A DNA stretch of 64,000 bases from a virus. Below, piece after piece: positions 36,761 through 46,436 of the stretch. Below the pieces are notes generated by a model that was given only the letters and a program-made list of their open reading frames with translations, was not told where the DNA came from and made no database searches. Location: IMG/VR virus record IMGVR_UViG_3300043470_000815; one strand, given 5' to 3'. The translations under genes and the position numbers were made by a program. The number at the start of each line of letters is the position of its first letter. Positions within the stretch are counted from its first letter, which is position 1.

Positions 36761-38233
36761 TTACCACAACAATTTTATTTTTAGCAAACACTCGCTGTTA
36801 AAATTCTTTTTAATTGCTTTATTTGTCTTTGCAATTGCCAACAATTCTTTACTATCATTGTACAACCCAACCGAAGTTATAAAAACTTGTGGATCGCCAA
36901 TCATGGTTGGTTGACCTAAATCACCCTCCGACCCCGTTGTAAATGTTTGATTGTTTGAAAAATTATATTCTTGGTTTTTGACACGTACAAAATAGTGTGA
37001 TGATTTTACACGTTCGCCGCTTCGACCAGCAAAACCTAATCTGTCACCCGAAACATCGGTATATTTTGCCGCACCGCTAATGGCTGTGAATAGTTTATAA
37101 GCATTATCACCGGGAATTTCCGAACCAGTCACCGTCAAAAACGAACCCGACCTATCCAGTACATTACCATCAATAACTACAATACCCAACCTACGGTATA
37201 ATAAACCGTAATAATGTGGACTTGAACTATTATATATCCCATCTTCTAAAGAACCCGAAACTAAATTGTAAACTTCACCAGCCGTTGTAACCGTTCCGTT
37301 TGAAACGCGACTATCATCTACCAACCTAATTACGCTTTGTAATGGATTTACTTTAACATTTGAACCAGTGTGTGCGTTTTGTGAACCACCACCAGCCAAA
37401 AATTGACTACCCGATAACCGTTGCAAATTTAATTCCAAATTACCTTCGTCAACAAATTCACGCATCCTTGCACGATTGACATTGACAACATAAATAGAAT
37501 CAGTTGCAGTTCCACCAATTACGAAACGTTCCTGTTCGGGGTCTAAACAAAGTTGCTTATATTGTCCGTAAATTGCCCTTGAAGGTGTATCGTTGATTTG
37601 ACCGCCTTGGTCGGCTGAACCCGAACCTAATTTATGTCCATACGCAACCGCAAATTGTGGTTCACTTCCACAGTCACCACTACCCGAATTATAAACAGAA
37701 TAATAATATTCTTTAGATGTTGCATTTTGAGCAGACGATGTAAAGAAAGTTGTTAAGTTTCCAACATTTCCCGACCATAACGCACGTGTTACTGTTTCTT
37801 GCTGATTTGGTACAATATCACCATTTTCAAATTTTGTATAAATTCTACCCGATCCTAAATTACTAGGTGCGGGAGGTGGTGGATTAACGGGTGCTACTGG
37901 ATTGGATGGAAGTACTGGTGAAACGGGGTTAATTGTTGAACCTCCAATGCCCTCATTATTATTTGGGGTGGTTGGTGTATCTTTCACATTATGAACAACA
38001 TCACCATCACTTAGGACATAAAAATCACCTTTACCGTCTTGGAAGCCGGGAATCTGTAAACCAGTTTCAGTCGTTTTTATTGTTGGGGTTGTGTTTACTA
38101 AAACCGATGGATCAGACGACACCGCCGTTACCTGCAAACCAACCTGTTCTAATTTATTTAATTGACTTGTATCCAGTTTGGTAGCGTTGGAAGTATCTAC
38201 TGATTGGAACGTATTTTTCTTTGTAAATGCCAT
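36761..38233 (-). CDS. Virion (tail/baseplate-associated) protein
   Basis: YFVRVKNQEYNFSNN...ITSVGLYNDSKELLAIAK tail-collar-like C-terminus. Confidence 0.7.
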   Translation of the reverse strand: MAFTKKNTFQSVDTSNATKLDTSQLNKLEQVGLQVTAVSSDPSVLVNTTPTIKTTETGLQIPGFQDGKGDFYVLSDGDVVHNVKDTPTTPNNNEGIGGSTINPVSPVLPSNPVAPVNPPPPAPSNLGSGRIYTKFENGDIVPNQQETVTRALWSGNVGNLTTFFTSSAQNATSKEYYYSVYNSGSGDCGSEPQFAVAYGHKLGSGSADQGGQINDTPSRAIYGQYKQLCLDPEQERFVIGGTATDSIYVVNVNRARMREFVDEGNLELNLQRLSGSQFLAGGGSQNAHTGSNVKVNPLQSVIRLVDDSRVSNGTVTTAGEVYNLVSGSLEDGIYNSSSPHYYGLLYRRLGIVVIDGNVLDRSGSFLTVTGSEIPGDNAYKLFTAISGAAKYTDVSGDRLGFAGRSGERVKSSHYFVRVKNQEYNFSNNQTFTTGSEGDLGQPTMIGDPQVFITSVGLYNDSKELLAIAKTNKAIKKNFNSECLLKIKLLW

Positions 38234-38919
38234 TATATGCCTTTATATTTTTCTTTAATTTGTTGATATGTGTTATAAACCCGCTTTTTGAATTTTTTAT
38301 TATAAATATCATCAAATTTATCAGATAACTTTTGCGGAAACATTGTTTTAAAAAATGTCAAAAATGAATTAAAATCTACTAAAAATTTGTTAGCCAATTG
38401 TGAATTATCTTCAAACATATTTTCAATACTTTCAAGTGTTTCGATAAAAAACGCATTAAATTCGGCGGGACTACTTAAATATTTTGTAATATTTCCAGCA
38501 TCTAACTGTTTGGCAGATGAAGAACGAATATCCGATTTGTAACGTTTAGTATCTAAATAATGTGTAAATTCGTGTACAAACATATTTTTATTCAATCGAG
38601 TATCTGCATACATTAAATTAAATGGTTCAATTAATATAGGCAACACAATTACACCATCATAATTAGAGGTTTTTAATTTAGAAAATCCAGCATTACCGAT
38701 ATTTTTATCTGCTAATACAATTATTAATTTATTATATGTATTGTCTATTTTACTAAAAGGTATTATAAAACCTCCCCACCGATCCGAACGTTCCCATTTA
38801 TTTGAATTTTCCGCCGCATTCTTTATGTATTCTTTTAATTTTGTAAACGCATTTCTTGATTTTAAAACTAATTTTGAATCAGATTCATAATCATATTCAA
38901 GTAGTTGCATTAATTTCAT
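38233..38919 (-). CDS. Putative zinc metallopeptidase (MKLMQLLE leader)
   Basis: FVHEFTHYLD (HExxH) with downstream YLSSPAEFNAF third-ligand region. Confidence 0.7.
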   Translation of the reverse strand: MKLMQLLEYDYESDSKLVLKSRNAFTKLKEYIKNAAENSNKWERSDRWGGFIIPFSKIDNTYNKLIIVLADKNIGNAGFSKLKTSNYDGVIVLPILIEPFNLMYADTRLNKNMFVHEFTHYLDTKRYKSDIRSSSAKQLDAGNITKYLSSPAEFNAFFIETLESIENMFEDNSQLANKFLVDFNSFLTFFKTMFPQKLSDKFDDIYNKKFKKRVYNTYQQIKEKYKGI

Positions 38920-38931
38920 TATTTTTTTATT

Positions 38932-39162
38932 TTATTGTTGTTCAAACCGATATTTACCTTTAACTAATTTAACAACAACACTATTAATTTTACCTTTAGA
39001 ATTAAAAACATCAAATGTATTTTCAACTTCGGTTGGTTTTAATGAAATAGTTGATCCCATAAAATATTGCGAAATTAATTTAATAATTCGTTCTTCCGTT
39101 GGGGCGGATGCTAACAGTTTTGATTCTATTATTAATTTTTTATATATTGGTACTAACTTCAT
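38932..39162 (-). CDS. Small putative cargo protein (MKLVPIYKKLIIE leader)
   Basis: 76 aa ORF. Confidence 0.45.
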   Translation of the reverse strand: MKLVPIYKKLIIESKLLASAPTEERIIKLISQYFMGSTISLKPTEVENTFDVFNSKGKINSVVVKLVKGKYRFEQQ

Positions 39163-39164
39163 AA

Positions 39165-39825
39165 TTAAGGTAAACTTATTGGTGCGTTTCCAGTCAATGG
39201 AACGTTTGGAGTTGTATTAGTAGTTACTTTTTTAACCGTGATATTTACGACAACAGCACCACCAGTTTCAACACCTTCGATTGTCAATGTTGTTGATTTT
39301 GCTGCCAATTGTAACATATTAGCCGTAATAACAACACTTTTACCCGTCAATGTCATACTCGCACCGATTTCGGATTGACTTTGTGGTGAAGAAGTGATTG
39401 CTCCAGTACCGCTGTATTGTTGACCGGGTGCGATTTCTCCTACATACATACTACATACGTCACTATCTGCCAAAGTAAATGTATAACCGAATGTTGTATT
39501 GCCTAACGTGTAATTAATCGTTTGTGGCGTAATTGTAAGGCTTTGCCCGGGGTTTAATGTAACCGATGTTTGTGGAACGCTAACACGTGGAATCCTGTTT
39601 GTTTTACGCGGTAATGTAACCAATTTGGATTTCATTGATTGCGTTTCATCGGGAACTGCTTCCGTAATGGGTAATGAAGTAATTGCAATATCATAATAAG
39701 CCGAACCGTTTGGGTGGTCGGGGTTAAAAAGTGAATAATCAATTTCATCATCTGCCAATGCAAATTGCGTGATTTTAAAATCACCACGACCTTCGGCCAA
39801 TTTTTGCCTACCAAGGCGAGTTAAT
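39165..39825 (-). CDS. Virion structural protein, exon 2 (spliced product 235 aa)
   Basis: Joined to exon 1 it reads MAYIGNGDSGIVIDAILTRLGRQKLAEGRGDFKITQFALADDEIDY; 47+661=708 nt, in frame. Confidence 0.88.
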
Positions 39826-40095
39826 CATTTATTGTTATCCTGACGGCTTTTTATCCACCAGTTCTTACAATTCATTTTCTTGTAAGTTCAGCATATATTT
39901 TCAACCACTTCATAAACTTGGTTGTCGGTCACTCGTGGAAACATTGTATTCTTTTTAAAAAAGTTTTCAGTTTCTATGCGTTACACTGATAAGAATTTTT
40001 TAATTTTCTTATTTAGCACGGTATTGGGATTCTCACCTTTCACCGTTTTTGACCAATTTTTACCTATCAATTACTTGGTAGGGCGACATTAAACT
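39826..40095 (-). ncRNA. Group I self-splicing intron (IA2-like), 270 nt, no internal ORF
   Basis: P1 GCGAU/GUCGC with a U-G pair at the splice site; P10 AUUAA/UUAAU; P2 with GUAA loop; P3 UUGGUC/GACCGA; P4 ACGGU/ACCGU; P6a UAAGAA/UUCUUA; P7 GCAUA/UAUGC; P7.1 GAAAC/GUUUC; P8 CAACCA/UGGUUG; P9 CUUACAA/UUGUAAG; P9.1 CUGGUGG/CCGUCAG; terminal G at 39826. Confidence 0.92.
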
Positions 40096-40142
40096 ATCGC
40101 GTCGATAACTATACCGGAATCTCCGTTTCCTATGTATGCCAT
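40096..40142 (-). CDS. Virion structural protein, exon 1
   Basis: ATG 40142; MAYIGNGDSGIVIDA plus AT; exon ends in U. Confidence 0.88.
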
Positions 40143-40178
40143 TTTCTGTTTGTGTTTTTTGTTTTATAAAATATTATA

Positions 40179-40445
40179 TTAATAACCTTGTTTCTTTAAA
40201 AACGCATTAACGATTTTAAAATATGCTGAATACGCATCTTGAGGGGATTTAGAATTGGTTGGATCGGCATCGTCCATAAAAGAATCTTTATATTGACGGA
40301 AAGATACATTAGGTTCTTTATCTTTTATATATTTCTTCAAACGATTGTCAATATCGCTATTATTATTCGACAATCTATCTATATCAGATTCTTCCTTAAT
40401 TACCCGCCTAACAATTTCTTTTAATGATTCTTTTTTATTTTTCAT
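40179..40445 (-). CDS. Putative head cargo protein (ESLKEIVRRVIKEES leader)
   Basis: Shared leader. Confidence 0.5.
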   Translation of the reverse strand: MKNKKESLKEIVRRVIKEESDIDRLSNNNSDIDNRLKKYIKDKEPNVSFRQYKDSFMDDADPTNSKSPQDAYSAYFKIVNAFLKKQGY

Positions 40446-40476
40446 ATTTTAAATTCTTTTTAATTTAATATAACTA

Positions 40477-43400
40477 TTATTGTACTTTCAAATTACCACC
40501 CAACGGGTCGTCTGTATAATATAAACTGCTTTGATTTGACACAAAAATACTAACAACAGGGCCACCATCAATCGTATTTGGTGAATCAATATTTATTCCA
40601 GCACCTTCCAACCTAGTCCCATAAAATCTTTTATAGTTTTCAGTAGCACATGATTCAAGATGCTGATAATCAGTACAAACCAATGAACGTGAATAATGCC
40701 AACCATACGATTTACTAACAGCCGTGTACCAATCCCTTAAATATTGTGTTTGAAATGTACCACTTGAACTATAATGATATATTACTTTTTTATAACAACA
40801 ATTTAACGGATAATGGTCAATATAACTTTGTGTAATTTCCTGTGAACCTGAAAAGCGGGTTGGTAATGTATCAAATTCTATATTAATATTATTTGGTAAT
40901 TCACCAGCCACTTCAAAATTGGTTTCAAGTGATGCTGTATTGTATTTATAAGTATATGTAAAATCTATTTTTTCATCAATAGACGCGGTGAAATATTTAT
41001 ATTTAAAACCAAGTTCCGTTGAACTGGACGCAATTGTTTCAAAAGTTAAATTTTCAGCACTTGATGAATAGACATCTAAATTATATTCAGTTTCGTATTG
41101 GGGATTAGTTATTTCGGGACGTTTTGTAACACGTACTTTATTAATATGTAATACATCATCTTCGATAAGAATACCACCAATGTAATCCGCCCTACCCGGT
41201 ACTAATTGTTTCAGTTGGTCAAAAAACGTAAAATCAAAAATGCTAAATAATTTAATAAATTTATTTACATTATAGTTTTGTTGATATTTCTGAAAATATT
41301 TATTTGAAAATCTATTTAATTCCGTGTAACCTTCTTCAAATTCGTATTGTGGATCGGCAATATAATCGTCTAATTCCGTAAAACCCGAATGATTATAAAT
41401 ATCATTATTTAACTGGTCGGTTGGACTAAAAACAATTGCCAACCTATTAGTATCAAATGCGAAAGTATCATTTTTAGATATATCAGATCGTTGTTTTGGA
41501 TTTAAATCACGTATTAATTTACTTTCATCTAAACGTACTTTATTGGAACGTAATGTATTACCACCCACCGTTGGAGTGTCAATATAAAATGTTTCATTAG
41601 TTGAAACATATTGTGTCTTTTCATCACCAAATGTCCAATTCTTAAACGATGCAGTTGTATATTGTGAAACTTGACGGTTTGGGTGCGAAGATGAAACATT
41701 GACATAAACGCTATGATCCCACCTTTGGTTATCTGTACCAAGTGGAAAATATCTATATAAAGTATAATACGACGAGGTTGGTGAATTACCATTATACGCC
41801 GCTGGATTTCTTGTATGACTAATTAATGTTGCATCACTTAATGATTCAAAATATTCTTTATATGATGTTATATTTCCTACAAACCTGTTAGAATTACTAC
41901 CAGTTGTACCACCCAACAATATACTTCCAGTTTCCCATGTATCGGTTATTCCAATTGACGAAATCCAATTAAATTTATCGGAATGTGATATTTTTCCATG
42001 CGAACAATCCTTAGAAGATTGAACCGTTATTTCTAAATCAATAGTAGGTAATAATAATATTTCAACGTCTCTTGGTAAACCCCACTGGTTGGTTGGTGCT
42101 ACTGCAAAAGTTTGTCCAATTTGAACTCCACCCAAAGATGCACTAAAATACGAATCATAAGTTGTTACTGACCCTGAAATAAATTTAGAAATATAAGGTG
42201 CTAAACCGTATGGGTTGGACGGACTTACAAAATAACTTTGTGTAAATGGCTGCCCTGCCAATGAAGCACTCGCATCAGTTGAATAGTGGTTGGTTGGAAC
42301 ATCGGATGATTTAACAACGCCCTGACTATAACCATAATCATTGACACTTGATAAATAATATCTTGAACCTGAAACACCTAAATCCGTATCATTATCATAA
42401 AATGTAAAGTTTTCACTGACATTTTTATTTACAATCGAAACATTCCAAAAATCATTATTATAAATTGGTAATAATGAACTGGATACTGTAATCGAGTTTG
42501 AATTATTATCTTTTAAATTAAATTTTAAGTAGCCATATTCATAAGAACCTGAATATTTATTTCCAAAATGGTGTAACGATAAATTGGAATTTAAAACAGT
42601 TCGATCAACACCTTCAATTGCCCAAATTGACATTGACAACGATGATGAATATGTCGTGGAAAATCTAAAATCAATACTTTCAGGAACTTGCACAGTCCCC
42701 AATGAAGAAGTTACCGTTCGACGTGGTAATTCAATCCAGTTTGATCCCGTGAAATTAGATTTAAAATAATATCGGTCATCTATTAGGGTTGGATCGGCAC
42801 TCGGCCCACCATATTCCTTAATTGAAATTAATGTTTGTGGTATTCCATAAATCGACATTAAGGATTTAACAGAACGCATTGTTCCTTTAGTTTTATAAAG
42901 GTGCGGTAAATTGTTAATAATCCTTCGCCATATTTGATGCGTTTGTCCTTCGTGCGTGTAATTTACTAACGATCCTGACTGAATTAATGTTCCGTCTTTT
43001 TCAGTGCCTAATTTATATTTCCATAAATCGGATAATTGTCGTGTATTTTGTAAATCCCACCCAAACGATTTAGCAATATAAAAAGCAAGATCATTACTAA
43101 AACCACGTTCAGGATGTTCATCACGTTCATGGATTTGTGGTAAGGCTTTTATATACGAATAAATTGTGTCATAATGTTGACCAATCATATCGGCAAATAA
43201 AATCAAATTACTGTTACCCTCATCCATTATTATATGTTCGGGAATTGCCCAATACAAACGATTCATATTTGTTTGATCGTAGGTTTGTGCAACGGATTTA
43301 ACACTGTCATACCATTGTGTTACAATAGATGATGTTAAATTATAACTAACGGTTTTATTCGCAATTATTTGCTTTGGGAATGGTGTAATACTTCCAGTTA

Positions 43401-44502
43401 CATCATGCGTAAAAATGGACGCGGTTGGTGCATAATAAAGCCATTTTTCAAACGGATCAAATGTCGTAACAATTTGGTCGATACGCTTTTGATTGATGGA
43501 TTTAGCACCCGATATATACGTTGTATTACTTGCAGTAGATTCGTTTAAAATCTTAATGCTTGAATTATATTCTTCAATTTTTCCAATCTTATAATAAAAA
43601 TTTTCAACTCGTTCTTTGGCAGACGAATAAAAAACAAAATTATTAAAATCGGTATAGTCAATATTTAATCGTACTAAATTTGAACTTGATAAACTTTGTT
43701 CAATTATTTGTTGGGTGGTTGGGAGGTTGCTGTCCAGCATGTCGTCCCAACTTTTGAAAATTGTACTTTCTCCAGTATATTTGGACGTATCGAGATAGTA
43801 ATTAGGGCCGGGAATAACCGTCGTATTTCCACCCACCACAGGCGAAGAAAACGTAATGGTATCAACATAAGGGTCAATACATTCAAATACAAAATATGCC
43901 TTATTAAGTACGTCAATTTCATCAAAGATTGGTTGGTACAATTTTACATAAATTGTCTTTCCATCTTCATCGAACCAATAATTGATTATTTTTTGTATTC
44001 GATTGAACCCAAAATTGACAACGACATTATTTAAAATGTCTGTTTTTGAAAATGTTTCAAGTTGCTTTCTAAATTCATTAAGTTGTGAAATGTATCTTTC
44101 AGCAACGACAAATTTGATTTCAGTTCGATCCGATGAAATTTCTTTTATAAAAACTGACTCTTCACCAAATGAACCAAATAAAGGTTTAAATAAATTACTT
44201 ACAATTACATACGAACCATTTTGTATATTTGCTTCTTTAAAAGTTTTACCAACATTTAATAAAAGACTATTTGTATTCGGTTCAAATGCTGTATAAGACG
44301 CATTATGATTACCCGTTATATAATCTCCGTAAAATGAAAATATATGTAATTCCGATATTTGATCCTTAACAATATTTGGGTCGTGTGGAATTAATATAAA
44401 ATCATTCAATACATTCAAATCGGAATCTAAGAAAAGTTGGCCATACCGCCCACCATTCAAAGTTAAGATTGTTTCGGAATTTATAAAACGTTGTATTGAC
44501 AA
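40477..44502 (-). CDS. Large virion structural protein (probable baseplate wedge/tail component)
   Basis: 1341 aa. MIGQHYD...LAFYIAKSFGW...NLPHLYKTKGT.RSVK.LM.IYG segment resembles P2 gpI/T4 gp7-type wedge domains. Confidence 0.6.
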   Translation of the reverse strand: MSIQRFINSETILTLNGGRYGQLFLDSDLNVLNDFILIPHDPNIVKDQISELHIFSFYGDYITGNHNASYTAFEPNTNSLLLNVGKTFKEANIQNGSYVIVSNLFKPLFGSFGEESVFIKEISSDRTEIKFVVAERYISQLNEFRKQLETFSKTDILNNVVVNFGFNRIQKIINYWFDEDGKTIYVKLYQPIFDEIDVLNKAYFVFECIDPYVDTITFSSPVVGGNTTVIPGPNYYLDTSKYTGESTIFKSWDDMLDSNLPTTQQIIEQSLSSSNLVRLNIDYTDFNNFVFYSSAKERVENFYYKIGKIEEYNSSIKILNESTASNTTYISGAKSINQKRIDQIVTTFDPFEKWLYYAPTASIFTHDVTGSITPFPKQIIANKTVSYNLTSSIVTQWYDSVKSVAQTYDQTNMNRLYWAIPEHIIMDEGNSNLILFADMIGQHYDTIYSYIKALPQIHERDEHPERGFSNDLAFYIAKSFGWDLQNTRQLSDLWKYKLGTEKDGTLIQSGSLVNYTHEGQTHQIWRRIINNLPHLYKTKGTMRSVKSLMSIYGIPQTLISIKEYGGPSADPTLIDDRYYFKSNFTGSNWIELPRRTVTSSLGTVQVPESIDFRFSTTYSSSLSMSIWAIEGVDRTVLNSNLSLHHFGNKYSGSYEYGYLKFNLKDNNSNSITVSSSLLPIYNNDFWNVSIVNKNVSENFTFYDNDTDLGVSGSRYYLSSVNDYGYSQGVVKSSDVPTNHYSTDASASLAGQPFTQSYFVSPSNPYGLAPYISKFISGSVTTYDSYFSASLGGVQIGQTFAVAPTNQWGLPRDVEILLLPTIDLEITVQSSKDCSHGKISHSDKFNWISSIGITDTWETGSILLGGTTGSNSNRFVGNITSYKEYFESLSDATLISHTRNPAAYNGNSPTSSYYTLYRYFPLGTDNQRWDHSVYVNVSSSHPNRQVSQYTTASFKNWTFGDEKTQYVSTNETFYIDTPTVGGNTLRSNKVRLDESKLIRDLNPKQRSDISKNDTFAFDTNRLAIVFSPTDQLNNDIYNHSGFTELDDYIADPQYEFEEGYTELNRFSNKYFQKYQQNYNVNKFIKLFSIFDFTFFDQLKQLVPGRADYIGGILIEDDVLHINKVRVTKRPEITNPQYETEYNLDVYSSSAENLTFETIASSSTELGFKYKYFTASIDEKIDFTYTYKYNTASLETNFEVAGELPNNINIEFDTLPTRFSGSQEITQSYIDHYPLNCCYKKVIYHYSSSGTFQTQYLRDWYTAVSKSYGWHYSRSLVCTDYQHLESCATENYKRFYGTRLEGAGINIDSPNTIDGGPVVSIFVSNQSSLYYTDDPLGGNLKVQ

Positions 44503-44505
44503 TTT

Positions 44506-45498
44506 TTAAATTAATTTTTTAATGTATTCAGTTATTTCATCTACACTATTTGCAGTTTTAGTAAATGTGGTTATTTTTCCAAACAACTCGGCGGTTTGGG
44601 CATTTTCTTCATAAGTTTTATATGGTAATCTATCAGATTTTCCATTAGTAAATAAAGTAAATGACCAATAAGGCATTTTCATAAATGTTCCACGAGTGAA
44701 TTGTAAACTTACACGGTCAGGTTTAAATTGTTCAAATCTTTTAAATGCGACATTTCCTTCAACACCCATACCATATTTTTTTGTCAATATTTGAAACATA
44801 TCTGCTTTACTAAATTTTTTCGTAGATGATTTTGTTTCAAATTTTAATAATGTCGCTTTAGGCAGTACTAATTCGGGATTTTGGAAAACATCGTGGTTTC
44901 GTGTTTGTGAATATTCACGAACTGCGATTTTAACCTTTTTACCTTTAAATAATACACTTGTAGATATTCCTAATGGATAACTTATATTAGTCATTCCATC
45001 ACCCAACCCACCTGAATTATATAAAACATTTGTAATATCCACACTCATCGAAATATTAAAAATAATATCACGAGTATCATCTGCAAATTCCATGACTACG
45101 ACTGCCGTATATTTTCCCCAACCAAGTTTAGAACTTAAAAGTTTATAGGTAAAATCAGTATTATAAATATTTTTTAAATGTTCTTTGTAGGCATTGGTAT
45201 CAAATTCTTTGGAAATTTTATCTAATATATTGTTACCAGTTGTTTCGTATTTATCTTCACGTGCTTTATAATCTATTTGAGCAGATACATTTTTACCTTG
45301 TTTTTGAAGTAATTCATACGCATCTTGAACATCGTTGAATTGTGCATCAGAACCGCCTTTGTCAGGATGTGCTTTCATTGATGCTGTTCTAAAAGCGGCT
45401 TTCAGTTTGGTTGCATCGGAAACATCGGAAATGTCAATATTAAATAATTTTAATGCTTGATCTACTGTGATTTCGGTTAATATTGTTCTAAGTTTCAT
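44506..45498 (-). CDS. J-domain (DnaJ-like) protein with MKLRTILTE leader
   Basis: ALKLFNI...LKAAFRTASMKAHPDKGGSDAQFNDVQDAYELL; intact HPD motif. Confidence 0.88.
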   Translation of the reverse strand: MKLRTILTEITVDQALKLFNIDISDVSDATKLKAAFRTASMKAHPDKGGSDAQFNDVQDAYELLQKQGKNVSAQIDYKAREDKYETTGNNILDKISKEFDTNAYKEHLKNIYNTDFTYKLLSSKLGWGKYTAVVVMEFADDTRDIIFNISMSVDITNVLYNSGGLGDGMTNISYPLGISTSVLFKGKKVKIAVREYSQTRNHDVFQNPELVLPKATLLKFETKSSTKKFSKADMFQILTKKYGMGVEGNVAFKRFEQFKPDRVSLQFTRGTFMKMPYWSFTLFTNGKSDRLPYKTYEENAQTAELFGKITTFTKTANSVDEITEYIKKLI

Positions 45499-45527
45499 AA
45501 TATTTTAGATAATTTAAAAAGTACGTG

Positions 45528-45610
45528 TGGTAAATGAACTTCATTTCCTTCAAGAAATCAAATGTGAAATTTGATGCAACAAAGATACGACCTTTATTAT
45601 TACTGTGCAA
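45528..45610 (-). promoter_or_regulatory. Bacteroidota-type promoter plus conserved leader, copy 2
   Basis: TTGC (45610-45607), 19 nt spacer, TATCTTTG (45587-45580); leader 45528-45576 matches 5320-5367. Confidence 0.8.
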
Positions 45611-45617
45611 CTTTTTT

Positions 45618-46436
45618 TTAATCTTTTTTAGTATTATTTTGTATCGCTAATTCTGCTTGGGCTTTAGCGGCATTTGCTTCCGCTATTGCTGCCTCACTTG
45701 CTGCTTTAGCCGCTGCCGCAACCGCTTGGGCTGCATTGGCTTCTGCTTTAGATTGTTCGGCTTGGGCTTTAACAGCCGCTACTTGGGTGGCCGCATTTGT
45801 ACTGGCGGTTGATGCTATTGCCGCACCTGATTGAACATTTTGATTGATTTGTGTTAAAATTTGGTTGGTTGTTTGATCTGACATAGCAACTGTCCAAACC
45901 CCCGATTTATCAGGTATCATTCCATTTTTAGGAATATCCATACATTGTGCCTCGGTCAAAACACGCACCGATAATAATGTTTGATTTCGTTCTTCCAACA
46001 AAACTTCCAACGTTTTATAATTAGGTATTTCTTTTGCAATTCCATCCACCATTACATAATAAACATATTGTTCCTTTGGTAATGGTACGGAATTTTCAGT
46101 AACACATCTAAATATTTGACCATCGGGTAATGTAAACAAATCTTCAATTATCGGTTCGGGTTTGATAAAATATGAAAAATTTGTATCTAAAAATGTGTTT
46201 ATATCAGAATCGGTAACAATTGTTTTTCTACCAATAAAGTTTATATATAAATTGGGTTGGGTGGTTGGTACGATATAAACATTCGCACTATTTCTAAACG
46301 ACAAAGTATAGTTTTGTTCATCAATAACATTTTGTGGAATATAGTCATACGTCTGCCCTTCCACTGGTATTGAAATCAGTTTGGCGGTAGATGAAATATT
46401 ATCAACATATTGAATATTATTTATTGTTACTTGCAC
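45618..46436 (-). CDS. Putative virion protein with an Ala-rich coiled-coil C-terminus
   Basis: AAKAASEAAIAEANAAKAQAE tail; tail-gene context. Confidence 0.45.
   Translation of the reverse strand: MQVTINNIQYVDNISSTAKLISIPVEGQTYDYIPQNVIDEQNYTLSFRNSANVYIVPTTQPNLYINFIGRKTIVTDSDINTFLDTNFSYFIKPEPIIEDLFTLPDGQIFRCVTENSVPLPKEQYVYYVMVDGIAKEIPNYKTLEVLLEERNQTLLSVRVLTEAQCMDIPKNGMIPDKSGVWTVAMSDQTTNQILTQINQNVQSGAAIASTASTNAATQVAAVKAQAEQSKAEANAAQAVAAAAKAASEAAIAEANAAKAQAELAIQNNTKKD

Noticed and set aside
39165-39800. Track ORF starting at TTG 39800
   Set aside because: Truncates the conserved DAILT..GR..LA N-terminus; better explained as exon 2.
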